Assembly (NCBI RefSeq): GCF_002441695.1
Contig: NZ_JXJW01000002.1
Span: forward strand, 64,060-88,059
DNA length: 24,000 nucleotides
Source: Pseudolactococcus piscium
GTDB lineage: Bacteria; Bacillota; Bacilli; Lactobacillales; Streptococcaceae
Direction: 5' to 3'
Position 1 is the first letter of the stretch; each line of letters opens with the position of its first letter. The translations under genes were made by a program, and so were the position numbers. Shown one piece after another: positions 1 through 8,730 of the stretch. The notes beneath the pieces were generated by a model, which saw only the letters and a program-made list of their open reading frames with translations, was not told the DNA's origin and searched no databases.

Positions 1-65
1 TAGTACAAGTAACTTACACAAACTTAATTATTTAAGTATATATAAGTTAACTATGAGGAGCGAGT

Positions 66-833
66 ATGAATCAAAAAGAACGTTTGGAACAGATATTAAA
101 GATATTAGAAAAGCAACAAACAATTTCTCAGGAAGAAATGGTATCGATTTTTGCCATATCAAAAGATACAGCGAGAAGAGATATTGTCAAGTTAGTAGAT
201 AGTGGGCTGGTAGAGCGATATCCAGGTGGCGTATCGCTACCAGTTCTAAAGGCAAAAATTGAAGATTATGCCAATAGATTGATAAAAAATGCAGGAGATA
301 AAAAAAGGATTGCTGAAAAAGCTTCTAGTCTACTAGAGTCAAATATGACCATATATTTAGACGTTTCCACTACAGTAAACTTTTTGGCCTCTGCTATTGA
401 TAAAAAAGAAGTGGCAGTCGTTACGAATTCTATTGATAATGCCATGTCAGTGAATAGAAAAGTCTCCAAGCAAGTCTATTTATTAGGTGGTTTTCTAAAT
501 TCTGATTCACATCTCATATCAGGTGCCTCAGTTTTACAGCAACTACAAAGATTTAACTTTGATTATGCCTTTATAGGAGGTGGCGGTATAACTGAGCAGG
601 GGGTATTTTATTCAGAGTTAACAGATATCAGTTTAAAAGAAGAAATTATCAGTAATTCCCAAAAGGTATGCTTGTTGGTTGACGGCACAAAAATAAATAA
701 GGTAACAGGATATAAACTAGATTTCTCGGGTATTGATATAATTATTACTAACCGGATATTTCCAGGTGATATATCGAGTAAATTGATGTCACTTGGCATT
801 GAGGTGATTAATATTGGTGAGGGGATAGCATGA
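66..833 (+). CDS. DeoR/GlpR-family transcriptional regulator
   Basis: 255-aa ORF with a GAGGAG SD at 55-60, 5 nt before the ATG. N-terminal DeoR-type wHTH (ISQEEMVSIFAISKDTARRDIVKLVDSGLVERYPGG) and a C-terminal DeoR sensor-like domain. The stop overlaps the next start (ATGA at 830-833). Confidence 0.85.
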   Translation: MNQKERLEQILKILEKQQTISQEEMVSIFAISKDTARRDIVKLVDSGLVERYPGGVSLPVLKAKIEDYANRLIKNAGDKKRIAEKASSLLESNMTIYLDVSTTVNFLASAIDKKEVAVVTNSIDNAMSVNRKVSKQVYLLGGFLNSDSHLISGASVLQQLQRFNFDYAFIGGGGITEQGVFYSELTDISLKEEIISNSQKVCLLVDGTKINKVTGYKLDFSGIDIIITNRIFPGDISSKLMSLGIEVINIGEGIA

Positions 834-1990
834 CACTTATTAAAAATGTAAAGTTTTATCAAGACAATCAAAAGGTGGAGGCATCTATCTTTGTTGAAGG
901 AAATAAAATTAACCGTATTGTTGATCAGTATGACTTACGGACTTTAGATGAACGTAATGAACAAGTGATTGATGGTAAAGGCTGTTTACTGATACCTGGT
1001 ATGATTGATGTTCATATTCATGGTGCTAAAAATTTTAATATGATGGATGGTACGACAGAAAGTATTCAAGCAGTTTCAAGAGCTTGTGCTGAAACAGGTT
1101 GTACGCATTTTCTAGTCACCTCAGTGAGTGCTACTTTAGAAGAGTTACTGCAAATGATTAAACAAACAAAACAGGTCATTGGTAAGGAAGAAGGTGCAAA
1201 AATTGCTGGTATTCATTTGGAGGGACCATATCTAAATATTGAGAAAAAAGGGATGCAAAATGCTAAATATTTGAGACATCCGGATTTGAATGAAATGGCG
1301 AAAATTTTTGAAGAAGCTGATGGCCTAATTAAGATGATGACCATTGCGCCAGAACTCCCTGGTGGTATTGACCTAATCAACTATTTAAAAGAGAATGGTG
1401 TTATTGTTGCAATAGCACATTCTAATGCCAGCTATGAAGAAGCTCAAAAAGCCTTTGAGAGTGGTGCTAGCCATATTACACATTGCTTTAATGCGATGCC
1501 TGTCATACATCATCGCTCACCTGGGTTGGTGACGGCAGCATTGGAGAATGATGATGTCAGTGTGCAAGCAATTGTAGACGGTATACATCTTCATCCTGGA
1601 ATTGTTCGCTTACTCTTTAAGGTAAAGGGTGCAGACAAGATGGTTTTGACAACTGATGCACTTCAAGCAATGGGTGTAGGTGATGGCAATTATCTATTTG
1701 GTGGTCACCAAGTCACTGTTAAAAATGGGGTGGCACGTTTAAAAGATGGGACGCTAGCGTCCAGTACGGTTACAATGAACAAGTCGCTAGAAAATAGTGT
1801 TGCGTTTGGCATTCCGTTAGCAAATGGCATTCAGATGGCATCTACAACACCAGCAAAACTATTAAATCTAGCGTCTGTTGGAGAAATTAGAGAAGGGTAC
1901 ACTGCTGATTTAGTCTTACTTGATAAAGAGTTTAATGTTTTAAGGACATGGATTTCTGGAGAAATTTACTCAAAAAACAAGAATAATTGA
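830..1990 (+). CDS. nagA: N-acetylglucosamine-6-phosphate deacetylase (NagA/AgaA-type amidohydrolase)
   Basis: 386-aa ORF. Has the metal-binding motif DVHIHG near the N-terminus, plus IAPE, AHSNA and HITHCFNAM motifs typical of NagA. Translationally coupled to the upstream DeoR regulator. Confidence 0.8.
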   Translation: MTLIKNVKFYQDNQKVEASIFVEGNKINRIVDQYDLRTLDERNEQVIDGKGCLLIPGMIDVHIHGAKNFNMMDGTTESIQAVSRACAETGCTHFLVTSVSATLEELLQMIKQTKQVIGKEEGAKIAGIHLEGPYLNIEKKGMQNAKYLRHPDLNEMAKIFEEADGLIKMMTIAPELPGGIDLINYLKENGVIVAIAHSNASYEEAQKAFESGASHITHCFNAMPVIHHRSPGLVTAALENDDVSVQAIVDGIHLHPGIVRLLFKVKGADKMVLTTDALQAMGVGDGNYLFGGHQVTVKNGVARLKDGTLASSTVTMNKSLENSVAFGIPLANGIQMASTTPAKLLNLASVGEIREGYTADLVLLDKEFNVLRTWISGEIYSKNKNN

Positions 1991-2173
1991 TTTTTTGAAT
2001 AGATGATGCAATTGAAAAACTGAATCATTTAATTATTTGATAGCAACAAAAACTAGCCTAAGAGATTGGTTAGCATAGCGTAGATGATTGTAGTACCGTG
2101 ATTGTAAATGGTCTATAACTCCCTATATAATGGCTTTATAGTACATTAGAACGTCGTATAGAGATAGTAAGTG

Positions 2174-2182
2174 TGTTATAAT
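2174..2182 (+). promoter_or_regulatory. Extended -10 promoter (TGtTATAAT) directly abutting the exonuclease start codon
   Basis: TGTTATAAT at 2174-2182. Only 6 nt (TAACCT) separate it from the ATG at 2189, and no SD is present. No good -35. Confidence 0.5.
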
Positions 2183-2188
2183 TAACCT

Positions 2189-2785
2189 ATGAAAACCTTA
2201 GAAAAATATGTTGCGTTTGATGTTGAATTTAACACAGTAGATGAGATTGAACATCTGATTCAAGTATCGGCTGTTAGCTTTGAAAATGGTCAAGAAATTG
2301 CGGCCTTCGATTCATATGTCTACTCGGATGTGCCTGTTAATTCCTTTGTCGTTGGCCTAACTGGTATTACCCAAGAAAAAGTGCTAACCGCGCCTAAAGC
2401 GAGTGAGGCACTTAGCAAGTTAAAAAGTTTTGTTGCCGACTTACCTGTCATTGGCTATAATGCACACAAGTCAGACCTGCCTATTTTACTTGAAAATGGT
2501 CTTGATTTAACTCCGCTGTATGCTTTAGATGTCTATGAAACAGCTGATAGTATGCGGGACAATAAACTCCATGGTATCAAAAACTTTCAATTAAAGTCTT
2601 TAGCTGAATTTTTTGGTGTCGCTGAAAAGAACGCGCATAATGCCCTAGCAGATGCTAGGATGACTGCACGTATCTATGAGGCCATGAAAGATACGCAAGA
2701 TGCTGAGAAGTTATTAGAAAAGCAAAATGAAAAATCAGTTACTGATGATACGAATCCTTTTGCAGGGTTAGCGGGCTTATTTTAG
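2189..2785 (+). CDS. DEDDh-type 3'-5' exonuclease (DnaQ / Pol III epsilon-like, stand-alone)
   Basis: 198-aa ORF. ExoI-like motif VAFDVEFN at the N-terminus, an internal GYNAHKSDLPIL motif and a C-terminal HNALADARMTARIY (H-x4-D ExoIII-epsilon motif). Confidence 0.75.
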   Translation: MKTLEKYVAFDVEFNTVDEIEHLIQVSAVSFENGQEIAAFDSYVYSDVPVNSFVVGLTGITQEKVLTAPKASEALSKLKSFVADLPVIGYNAHKSDLPILLENGLDLTPLYALDVYETADSMRDNKLHGIKNFQLKSLAEFFGVAEKNAHNALADARMTARIYEAMKDTQDAEKLLEKQNEKSVTDDTNPFAGLAGLF

Positions 2786-2814
2786 AGTTAATCTTTTAAT
2801 GAGGCAGGACCATC

Positions 2815-2847
2815 AAAAAAGACTATCTGTGAGTAGATAGTCTTTTT
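2815..2847. terminator. Bidirectional intrinsic terminator between the convergent exonuclease and TetR genes
   Basis: AAAAAA-GACTATCT-gtgagt-AGATAGTC-TTTTT: a perfect 8-bp stem flanked by an A-run and a T-run. Confidence 0.75.
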
Positions 2848-2849
2848 GA

Positions 2850-3398
2850 TTAGACATGCCCTTGAGATGCAAGCATTAGCATGAGGATGTCTCTAATTTC
2901 CTGTGGGCTTTCTTGCTTGCCTCTTTTAATCCAGAGCTGTAGGATACCAAATATCGCCTGAGATAGGTAAGTCGTCCGGTAATCAAGATTAACTTGATCA
3001 AGCGATTTTTGACCGAAGTTTGGGAAGATAACATCAGCTAAAAAATTTTTAATTTGTTGTATCAAGTACATATGAATTTCACGCGTTCCATTTTCAGAAA
3101 GTAAGGCTGACTCAACAGGACAGTCCGTGTCAAGAAACTTAAACAGTTCATAGATGGCAGCGCCTAAATCTGTATCATTTTCGCTAAATATGGCGGCTAG
3201 TCTTAAAAAAAAGGCGCTCTGATATTTGTCGATCATTTCATACTTATCTTGATAGTGGGTGTAGAAACTCGACCGACTAATGCCTGCACGTTTGACCAAT
3301 TCCGTCGTCGTGATATGGTCAAATGATTTTTCTTTGAGCAAGTCGCTCATGGCATGTTCGATAGCTTGATGTGTCTTTAGGATGCGAATGTCAGTCAT
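2850..3398 (-). CDS. TetR/AcrR-family transcriptional regulator
   Basis: 182-aa ORF with the N-terminal TetR HTH signature (FDHITTTELVKRAGISRSSFYTHYQDKYEMI). Divergent from the YhgE/Pip gene. Confidence 0.85.
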   Translation of the reverse strand: MTDIRILKTHQAIEHAMSDLLKEKSFDHITTTELVKRAGISRSSFYTHYQDKYEMIDKYQSAFFLRLAAIFSENDTDLGAAIYELFKFLDTDCPVESALLSENGTREIHMYLIQQIKNFLADVIFPNFGQKSLDQVNLDYRTTYLSQAIFGILQLWIKRGKQESPQEIRDILMLMLASQGHV

Positions 3399-3468
3399 AA
3401 TGAAAGCCTTTTCTATCTGTTTTTTTGAACAATAAGGTGCATACTGTCCAGTTTAGCCTATATAATTC

Positions 3469-3496
3469 TTGCTATATCTCATACAAGTATTATAAT
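3469..3496 (+). promoter_or_regulatory. Sigma-A-type promoter for the YhgE/Pip gene
   Basis: TTGCTA (3469-3474), 16-nt spacer, TATAAT (3491-3496). An AAAGGAG SD lies just before the ATG at 3556. Confidence 0.55.
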
Positions 3497-3555
3497 AAAA
3501 AAGGTAAATAAAGACAAGGTGTCCAAAAAATAAAACGATTAAAAAGGAGTTAGTA

Positions 3556-5904
3556 ATGTTAAAAAAAGAGTGGCAAGCAATACGTAAAAATAAATTTTTT
3601 ATTGTCATTATCATCGCGTTGATGACAATTCCAGCCCTATATAATCTGATATTCCTCAGTTCGATGTGGGATCCATACGGTAAAATATCTGATTTACCTG
3701 TTGCTGTGGTTAACCAAGACCAGTCAGCAGAAATTAACGGCAAGTCGGTCAATCTCGGAAAAGACCTAGCAGATGAGATGGCTAAGGGAAATGATCTAGA
3801 TTATCATTTTGTCAGTGATAGTACGGCACAAAAAGGATTGAAAGATGAGACCTATTTTATGGAGATCAAGATTCCAAGCGATTTCTCAAAAAATGCAGGT
3901 AGTCTGGTCAGTGATAAGCCAACATCGTCTACGATTCATTATCAAACCTCTAAAGGACATAACTTTATCGCCAGTAAGATGAGTGATTCGGCGATGGAGA
4001 AACTTAAAGAGAAGGTCTCTAAAAATATTACAGAAACCTATACAAAAACGATTTTTGAAAATCTGACGACCTTAGCTAGTGGCGTGACCAAAGCAGCAGA
4101 CGGTAGTAATCAATTAGTCGACGGTAGTCAAACTTTAAAATCAGGTTCTAGTGAAATTTCTAGCAACTTAGATAAATTAGCGACATCTAGCCTGACCTTT
4201 AAAGATGGTGCAGATACCCTAAATGTCGGCCTTGGCCAGTATATGGCTGGTGTATCGACTGTAAAAGATGGCTCAGCCGATTTATCACAAGCCGTAATGA
4301 AATATACTGATGGTGCAGCACAAATTGCTAATGGTACAAACCAACTCGCAACAGGAACAGCTAGTCTAGCAGCTGGTGTCTCTCAATTATCAAATAGTAA
4401 TGATAACGTACAAAAATTACTTGATGGTAGTGCAGCCCTTAGTGAGGGGATAGGAGATATATCAGCTGGCATTTCTATACCAAATCTGTCAGGCTTGAAA
4501 ACAGGAATAGCTAGTCTACAAAATGAAATTAATAGTGTTGAACTGGCTAAAATACCAGCAAGTTTGACTACGGATCTAGCTTATTTGAATACAGCGATTG
4601 ATACTTTAAAAACTGATCAAGAAAAAAATCTTGCAACACTTAAAGATACAGAAGCTTATAAATCACATCCGGAGGAACAAGCAACACTGGAGAGTTTAAT
4701 GAGCCCTTCCCCATCACTAGTTAAAAATATTAAGGATACAGCGACTGATATCCAAGCACAGATCACTTCATTGAGTACACATTTAGGGACTATTTCTGCT
4801 ATAAGTGCTAAAGCCTTACCAGGTGCAAATGTTGCTATTGATGGCTTAACAGGAATTAAAACAGGTGTTGATAGTAAACTTCAACCGGGTGCTATTCAGC
4901 TGAATGCTGGGCTTACTCAACTGCAAAGCGGTTTAGTTGATGGTGCCTCACAATTATCAGATGGCGCTAACAAACTCAACCAATCAACAGCGCAATTAAA
5001 CACGGGTGCGCAAACACTTGTTAGTAAAAATGCGGCGCTTAACGCAGGTAGTAGTAAACTTGCGACTGGTGCTGCGCAACTGACACAGAATTCACCTAAG
5101 TTATTAGATGGGTCAGCTCAGTTAGCAAGTGGTGCGGCACAAATTACAGATGGGTCAGGAAAACTTGCAAATGGTAGTAACACCTTAACAAGTGGGATCG
5201 GGACGCTAACAGCTGGTGCGACAACACTTAACACTGGCCTAACAGATGCTAAAACTAAACTTGCTGAAAATGCAACGGCTGAATTAAACGCTAAAAAAAT
5301 AGCAAGTCCGCTTAATATCACGCATCAAGACAAGGATAATTCACCAGAAAATGGTGTTGGTATGGCACCTTACATGATCTCTGTTGCCCTATTTGTTGGT
5401 GCTGTTGCAACCAATATGATCATTTCAGGCACTTTATCAGGAGAAAGTCCTAAGAGTCGTCGTGATTATCTACTTGCTAGAATCGGTGTGAATGGCTTGA
5501 TTGGTCTGGGAGAAGGCGTGCTAGTCTATCTAGCAGTTCATCTGCTTGGCTTGTCTGCCAATCATGAATTGGCTATGTTTGGCTTTACTGTATTAGTTGC
5601 GGTGTGCTTCATGTTCATCGTCACCTTCTTCAACACCTGGTTAGGCAAACCAGGCGCCTTCCTGATGCTGATTTTACTCCTGTTACAACTCGGCGCTAGT
5701 GCAGGGACTTACCCACTCGCCTTGACCAGCAATTTCTTCCAAAAATTAAATCCTTGGATGCCAATGACTTATGCTGTAAAAGGCTTTAGACAAGTGATTT
5801 CTTTGACAGGACAGATTGGTCAAGAAACTGGTATTTTACTTGCTATAACAGTCGTTTGCTTCATCTTACTATCGTTTGTCGGCTATAGAAAAGCAAAGGC
5901 TTAA
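3556..5904 (+). CDS. YhgE/Pip-family membrane protein (phage infection protein homologue)
   Basis: 782-aa ORF. Has one N-terminal TM helix, then a long Ala/Gly/Ser/Thr/Leu-rich ectodomain with degenerate repeats (e.g. DGSNQLVDGSQTLKSG, NGTNQLATGTASLAAG, DGANKLNQSTAQLNTG), then a C-terminal cluster of TM helices. This is the YhgE/Pip architecture. Confidence 0.85.
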   Translation: MLKKEWQAIRKNKFFIVIIIALMTIPALYNLIFLSSMWDPYGKISDLPVAVVNQDQSAEINGKSVNLGKDLADEMAKGNDLDYHFVSDSTAQKGLKDETYFMEIKIPSDFSKNAGSLVSDKPTSSTIHYQTSKGHNFIASKMSDSAMEKLKEKVSKNITETYTKTIFENLTTLASGVTKAADGSNQLVDGSQTLKSGSSEISSNLDKLATSSLTFKDGADTLNVGLGQYMAGVSTVKDGSADLSQAVMKYTDGAAQIANGTNQLATGTASLAAGVSQLSNSNDNVQKLLDGSAALSEGIGDISAGISIPNLSGLKTGIASLQNEINSVELAKIPASLTTDLAYLNTAIDTLKTDQEKNLATLKDTEAYKSHPEEQATLESLMSPSPSLVKNIKDTATDIQAQITSLSTHLGTISAISAKALPGANVAIDGLTGIKTGVDSKLQPGAIQLNAGLTQLQSGLVDGASQLSDGANKLNQSTAQLNTGAQTLVSKNAALNAGSSKLATGAAQLTQNSPKLLDGSAQLASGAAQITDGSGKLANGSNTLTSGIGTLTAGATTLNTGLTDAKTKLAENATAELNAKKIASPLNITHQDKDNSPENGVGMAPYMISVALFVGAVATNMIISGTLSGESPKSRRDYLLARIGVNGLIGLGEGVLVYLAVHLLGLSANHELAMFGFTVLVAVCFMFIVTFFNTWLGKPGAFLMLILLLLQLGASAGTYPLALTSNFFQKLNPWMPMTYAVKGFRQVISLTGQIGQETGILLAITVVCFILLSFVGYRKAKA

Positions 5905-5926
5905 TCATACGATGACATATCAAGAG

Positions 5927-5954
5927 AGACTTTCCAAATAGGAAGGTCTTTTTT
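5927..5954 (+). terminator. Intrinsic terminator after the YhgE/Pip gene
   Basis: AGACTTTCC-aaata-GGAAGGTCT followed by TTTTT: a 9-bp stem with one G-U pair. Confidence 0.7.
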
Positions 5955-6029
5955 ATGTGTCCAACTTATCACTTGCGATGACTACCTGTAAGTCGAGAGG
6001 GTAAGGATGAGTTGACTTTAACGCCTAAC

Positions 6030-6058
6030 AAAAAAAATCAAGCAGTCAATACTTGATT
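6030..6058 (-). terminator. Intrinsic terminator (minus strand) downstream of the HAD hydrolase gene
   Basis: On the minus strand this reads AATCAAG-tattgactg-CTTGATT followed by an 8-nt T-run (the plus-strand A-run at 6030-6037). Confidence 0.55.
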
Positions 6059-6136
6059 TCAAAAGTTTATATTTAAGGGTTCACATCACTAAGACTTGCG
6101 TTTCATCGGTTAACCTTTACATGCTAGGTAGCATGC

Positions 6137-6949
6137 TTATAGGAATAACCTTTCTAGTGTTTTTGCGACACCATCTTCATCATTTGTATAAGCAATTTGG
6201 TGATCAGCATGGGCAAGTAACACATCACTGGCATTTTGCATGGCATAGCCAGTACCAGCAAATTCAAGCATTTCGACATCGTTATGCTCGTCACCAAATG
6301 CAATCAGATTTGATACATCTTGACCCGTCACATCAAGGTAGTGGGCAAGTGCGGATGCTTTACTGATGCCTTTTGGTACAATTTCTAATATGCCATTTTG
6401 GCCACCCCAAGCACTGATGTTGACTTGATTGTCAAAATGGTCATTGATTTGGCTAGCAAGTAGCAGTTTATCAGTGATCCGCGTTTGGAGTAGGATGGCA
6501 TTAGGATCATCATCTAGTTTGTCCATCCGCATTTGATGATAGGCCTCGAAACTGTCGATACCAAAAATTTGCGGATTTGCTTTATCAAAGGCATTAATAA
6601 AAAATTTACGTCTGAATTCGGCAGCTAAAAAGTCCAGTTCGAATCTTTCTTCTTCTTTGATTAACTCGAAGACCATTGCCTTATCGACATGCTTAGATAG
6701 GGCATGCGGCCAATGTTGGCCAGGGATGGAAATCATGGCCCCATTAAAGTTAATCATCGGCGTGTCTAACGCAAGCTCTTGATAAATTTGTAGCGCCATC
6801 CGATAAGGCCGGCCTGTCGCGATGATGATGTGATGTCCTTGATCCTGGACTGATTTAAAAATGTGTTTCGTGTAGTCTGAAACGGTTACGCCATCAGAAT
6901 ACAAGGTTGTCCCATCAAGGTCAATGGCAATTATTTTTTTGTCTGTCAT
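6137..6949 (-). CDS. Cof-type HAD-IIB family phosphatase
   Basis: 270-aa ORF. HAD motif I IAIDLDGTTL at the N-terminus, ATGRP, and motif IV GDEHNDVEML near the C-terminus. Confidence 0.85.
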   Translation of the reverse strand: MTDKKIIAIDLDGTTLYSDGVTVSDYTKHIFKSVQDQGHHIIIATGRPYRMALQIYQELALDTPMINFNGAMISIPGQHWPHALSKHVDKAMVFELIKEEERFELDFLAAEFRRKFFINAFDKANPQIFGIDSFEAYHQMRMDKLDDDPNAILLQTRITDKLLLASQINDHFDNQVNISAWGGQNGILEIVPKGISKASALAHYLDVTGQDVSNLIAFGDEHNDVEMLEFAGTGYAMQNASDVLLAHADHQIAYTNDEDGVAKTLERLFL

Positions 6950-7089
6950 AGTTGCATGCTAAATGAATCAAAGTAGTGGATGATTCAAGCCTTTCTACAC
7001 CGATAGGTGTTTGTTTACTAGCCAGTTATGGCTAGTTTAAGTGATAACTTACTTAGTTTGTTCACCTCCGATAAGAGGGAGTCCTAATT

Positions 7090-7098
7090 ATTATAACA
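7090..7098 (-). promoter_or_regulatory. Extended -10 promoter (minus strand TGtTATAAT) for the HAD gene
   Basis: Plus-strand ATTATAACA at 7090-7098 is TGTTATAAT on the minus strand. It predicts a leader of about 130 nt with several short hairpins before the start at 6949. Confidence 0.45.
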
Positions 7099-7153
7099 TG
7101 TTTATGCCGTATCTTCAGCAAGTAACCTAGCGAACTCTCAGAATTATAGAGAA

Positions 7154-7166
7154 AAAACCGAACGTT
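7154..7166 (+). promoter_or_regulatory. PurBox-like PurR binding site upstream of the purine permease
   Basis: AAAACCGAACGTT matches 12 of 13 positions of the PurBox consensus AWWWCCGAACWWT (consensus recalled from memory). Its centre lies about 76 nt upstream of the TSS predicted from the 7201-7229 promoter. The 12-mer AAAAACCGAACG recurs upstream of purF. Confidence 0.6.
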
Positions 7167-7200
7167 TAAATCGAAAGTGATGTAAAAAAAGGGGAATACG

Positions 7201-7229
7201 TTGCAAGTCAGGGGGAGATACTTTAGAAT
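7201..7229 (+). promoter_or_regulatory. Sigma-A-type promoter of the permease gene
   Basis: TTGCAA (7201-7206), 17-nt spacer, TAGAAT (7224-7229). A GAAGAGGAA SD-like stretch precedes the ATG at 7272. Confidence 0.55.
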
Positions 7230-7271
7230 AGTTAAGTAATCAATTATTGTATTTATAGAAGAGGAATCATT

Positions 7272-8714
7272 ATGGATAAGTTTTTCAAACTTAAGGAAAA
7301 CGGTACAACAGTCAGTCGCGAGATTGTGGCTGGTTTAACAACATTTTTTGCAATGAGCTATATCTTGTTTGTCAACCCTGCGATTTTATCGCAAACAGGG
7401 ATGAACTATCAAGCAGTTTTTCTAGCAACAATCATCGCATCAATCATCGGTACGCTCATCATGGGACTTTTTGCTAATGTACCCTATGCACAAGCACCAG
7501 GTATGGGCTTAAATGCCTTCTTTACCTTCACAGTTGTCTTTGGCCTAGGTTATTCATGGCAACAGGCCCTTGCCATGGTCTTCATCTGTGGTATCATTAA
7601 TATCATTATTACGGTCACAAAAATACGTAAATTAATCATCAAATCAATTCCAGAAAGCTTGCAACATGCTATCGGTGGTGGTATCGGTGTCTTTATCGCC
7701 TATATCGGTATCAAATCAGCAGGCCTACTTCATTTTACAATCGATCCAGGGACTTATAAAGTCGTTGGTGAAGGTGCTGATAAAGGTAAGGCGACGATAG
7801 ATGCCAGTGCCGCAGCGATTCCTGCCTTAGTTAACTTTAACAGCCCAGCAGTCCTAATCGCTATTGTTGGTATTGTGTTGACAGCTGTATTAGTTGTTAA
7901 AAACTTCAAAGGTGCGATTTTAATCTCGATCATCACAACAACAATCTTAGCCATTATTTTTGGTGTAGTTGACCTTGGCTCAATCGACTTTAAGGCTAAC
8001 TCTTTAGGCTCTGCAATCGGTCATCTTGGTGATACCTTTGGTGCAGCCTTTGGTCACAAAGGGATGGGGACTTTATTCTCTGACTCTTCTAAAATTCCAC
8101 AGGTCTTGATGACGATTTTAGCCTTTTCATTATCAGATACCTTTGATACGATCGGTACTTTCATCGGAACAGGTCGTCGGACAGGCATTTTCTCTAAAGA
8201 AGATGAAAAATCTCTTGAAAATGGGTCAGGTTTCTCATCTAAGATGGATAAAGCCTTGTTTGCGGATGCAGTCGCAACTTCTATCGGTGCAATCTTTGGG
8301 ACATCAAATACAACAACTTATGTGGAGTCTGCAGCAGGTATCGGAGCTGGCGGTCGTACTGGTTTGACATCAGTCGTTACAGCGATTTGTTTCCTTTTCT
8401 CATCTTTCTTACTCCCATTTATCTCAGTTGTCCCTAGTGCAGCAACAGCGCCAGTTTTAATCGTCGTTGGTGTGATGATGCTAGGCTCATTTAAAGAAGT
8501 GAATTGGTCTGACCTAGAAGAAGCAATCCCTGCTTTCTTCGCCTCAATCTTCATGGGCTTTGCCTACAGTATTTCTTACGGTATCGCCGCAGGGTTTATC
8601 TTCTACACAATCATCAAAGTAGCTAAAGGTAAAGCAAAAGAAGTGAGTCCAGTTATCTGGGTCATCGATGTGTTATTCATTTTAAACTTTGTTATATTAG
8701 CAACCATTCAATAA
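7272..8714 (+). CDS. NCS2/AzgA-family purine (guanine/hypoxanthine/adenine) permease
   Basis: 480-aa polytopic membrane ORF. The N-terminus MDKFFKLKENGTTVSREIVAGLTTFFAMSYILFVNP is typical of PbuG/PbuO/AzgA-type permeases, and a PurBox lies upstream. The last 47 codons lie inside the island direct repeat. Confidence 0.85.
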   Translation: MDKFFKLKENGTTVSREIVAGLTTFFAMSYILFVNPAILSQTGMNYQAVFLATIIASIIGTLIMGLFANVPYAQAPGMGLNAFFTFTVVFGLGYSWQQALAMVFICGIINIIITVTKIRKLIIKSIPESLQHAIGGGIGVFIAYIGIKSAGLLHFTIDPGTYKVVGEGADKGKATIDASAAAIPALVNFNSPAVLIAIVGIVLTAVLVVKNFKGAILISIITTTILAIIFGVVDLGSIDFKANSLGSAIGHLGDTFGAAFGHKGMGTLFSDSSKIPQVLMTILAFSLSDTFDTIGTFIGTGRRTGIFSKEDEKSLENGSGFSSKMDKALFADAVATSIGAIFGTSNTTTYVESAAGIGAGGRTGLTSVVTAICFLFSSFLLPFISVVPSAATAPVLIVVGVMMLGSFKEVNWSDLEEAIPAFFASIFMGFAYSISYGIAAGFIFYTIIKVAKGKAKEVSPVIWVIDVLFILNFVILATIQ

Positions 8715-8730
8715 CAGATACTAAAAGCGC
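8574..8730. repeat. Left direct repeat (attL-like) of the integrative island
   Basis: 157 bp, identical to 16613-16769 except at 8696 (A vs C, a synonymous ATA/ATC Ile change) and 8721 (C vs T). It covers the last 141 nt of the permease ORF plus 16 nt downstream. Confidence 0.9.

Noticed and set aside
266-871. Track ORFs 266-469(-) and 608-871(-), antisense to the DeoR gene
   Set aside because: They lie fully inside a well-supported gene on the other strand. They have no SD, and their sequences are low-complexity or hydrophobic, typical of antisense frames in AT-rich DNA.
3453-3752. Track ORF 3453-3752(-), spanning the TetR/Pip intergenic region and the Pip 5' end
   Set aside because: It overlaps the Pip promoter, SD and start on the opposite strand. 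It has no SD and an implausible composition.
4080-5290. Repetitive-looking stretch inside the YhgE/Pip gene, with recurring GGTxxxGCx / xGxxxLxxG codon patterns
   Set aside because: The repeats are degenerate and in-frame and encode the Ala/Gly/Ser/Thr-rich ectodomain typical of this family. There are no exact nucleotide repeats or spacers, so it is neither a CRISPR array nor a VNTR.
6950-7089. Several short hairpins in the predicted 130-nt leader of the HAD phosphatase gene (CTCC..GGAG, CACC..GGTG, CTAGCC..GGCTAG, GAATCA..TGATTC)
   Set aside because: They match no riboswitch or T-box core that I recognise, and the promoter assignment itself is tentative.
5118-8554. Track ORFs 5118-5321(-), 6121-6366(+), 7754-7954(-), 8143-8367(+) and 8318-8554(-)
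   Set aside because: Each is nested within or antisense to a confidently assigned gene (Pip, HAD hydrolase or permease) and lacks translation signals.
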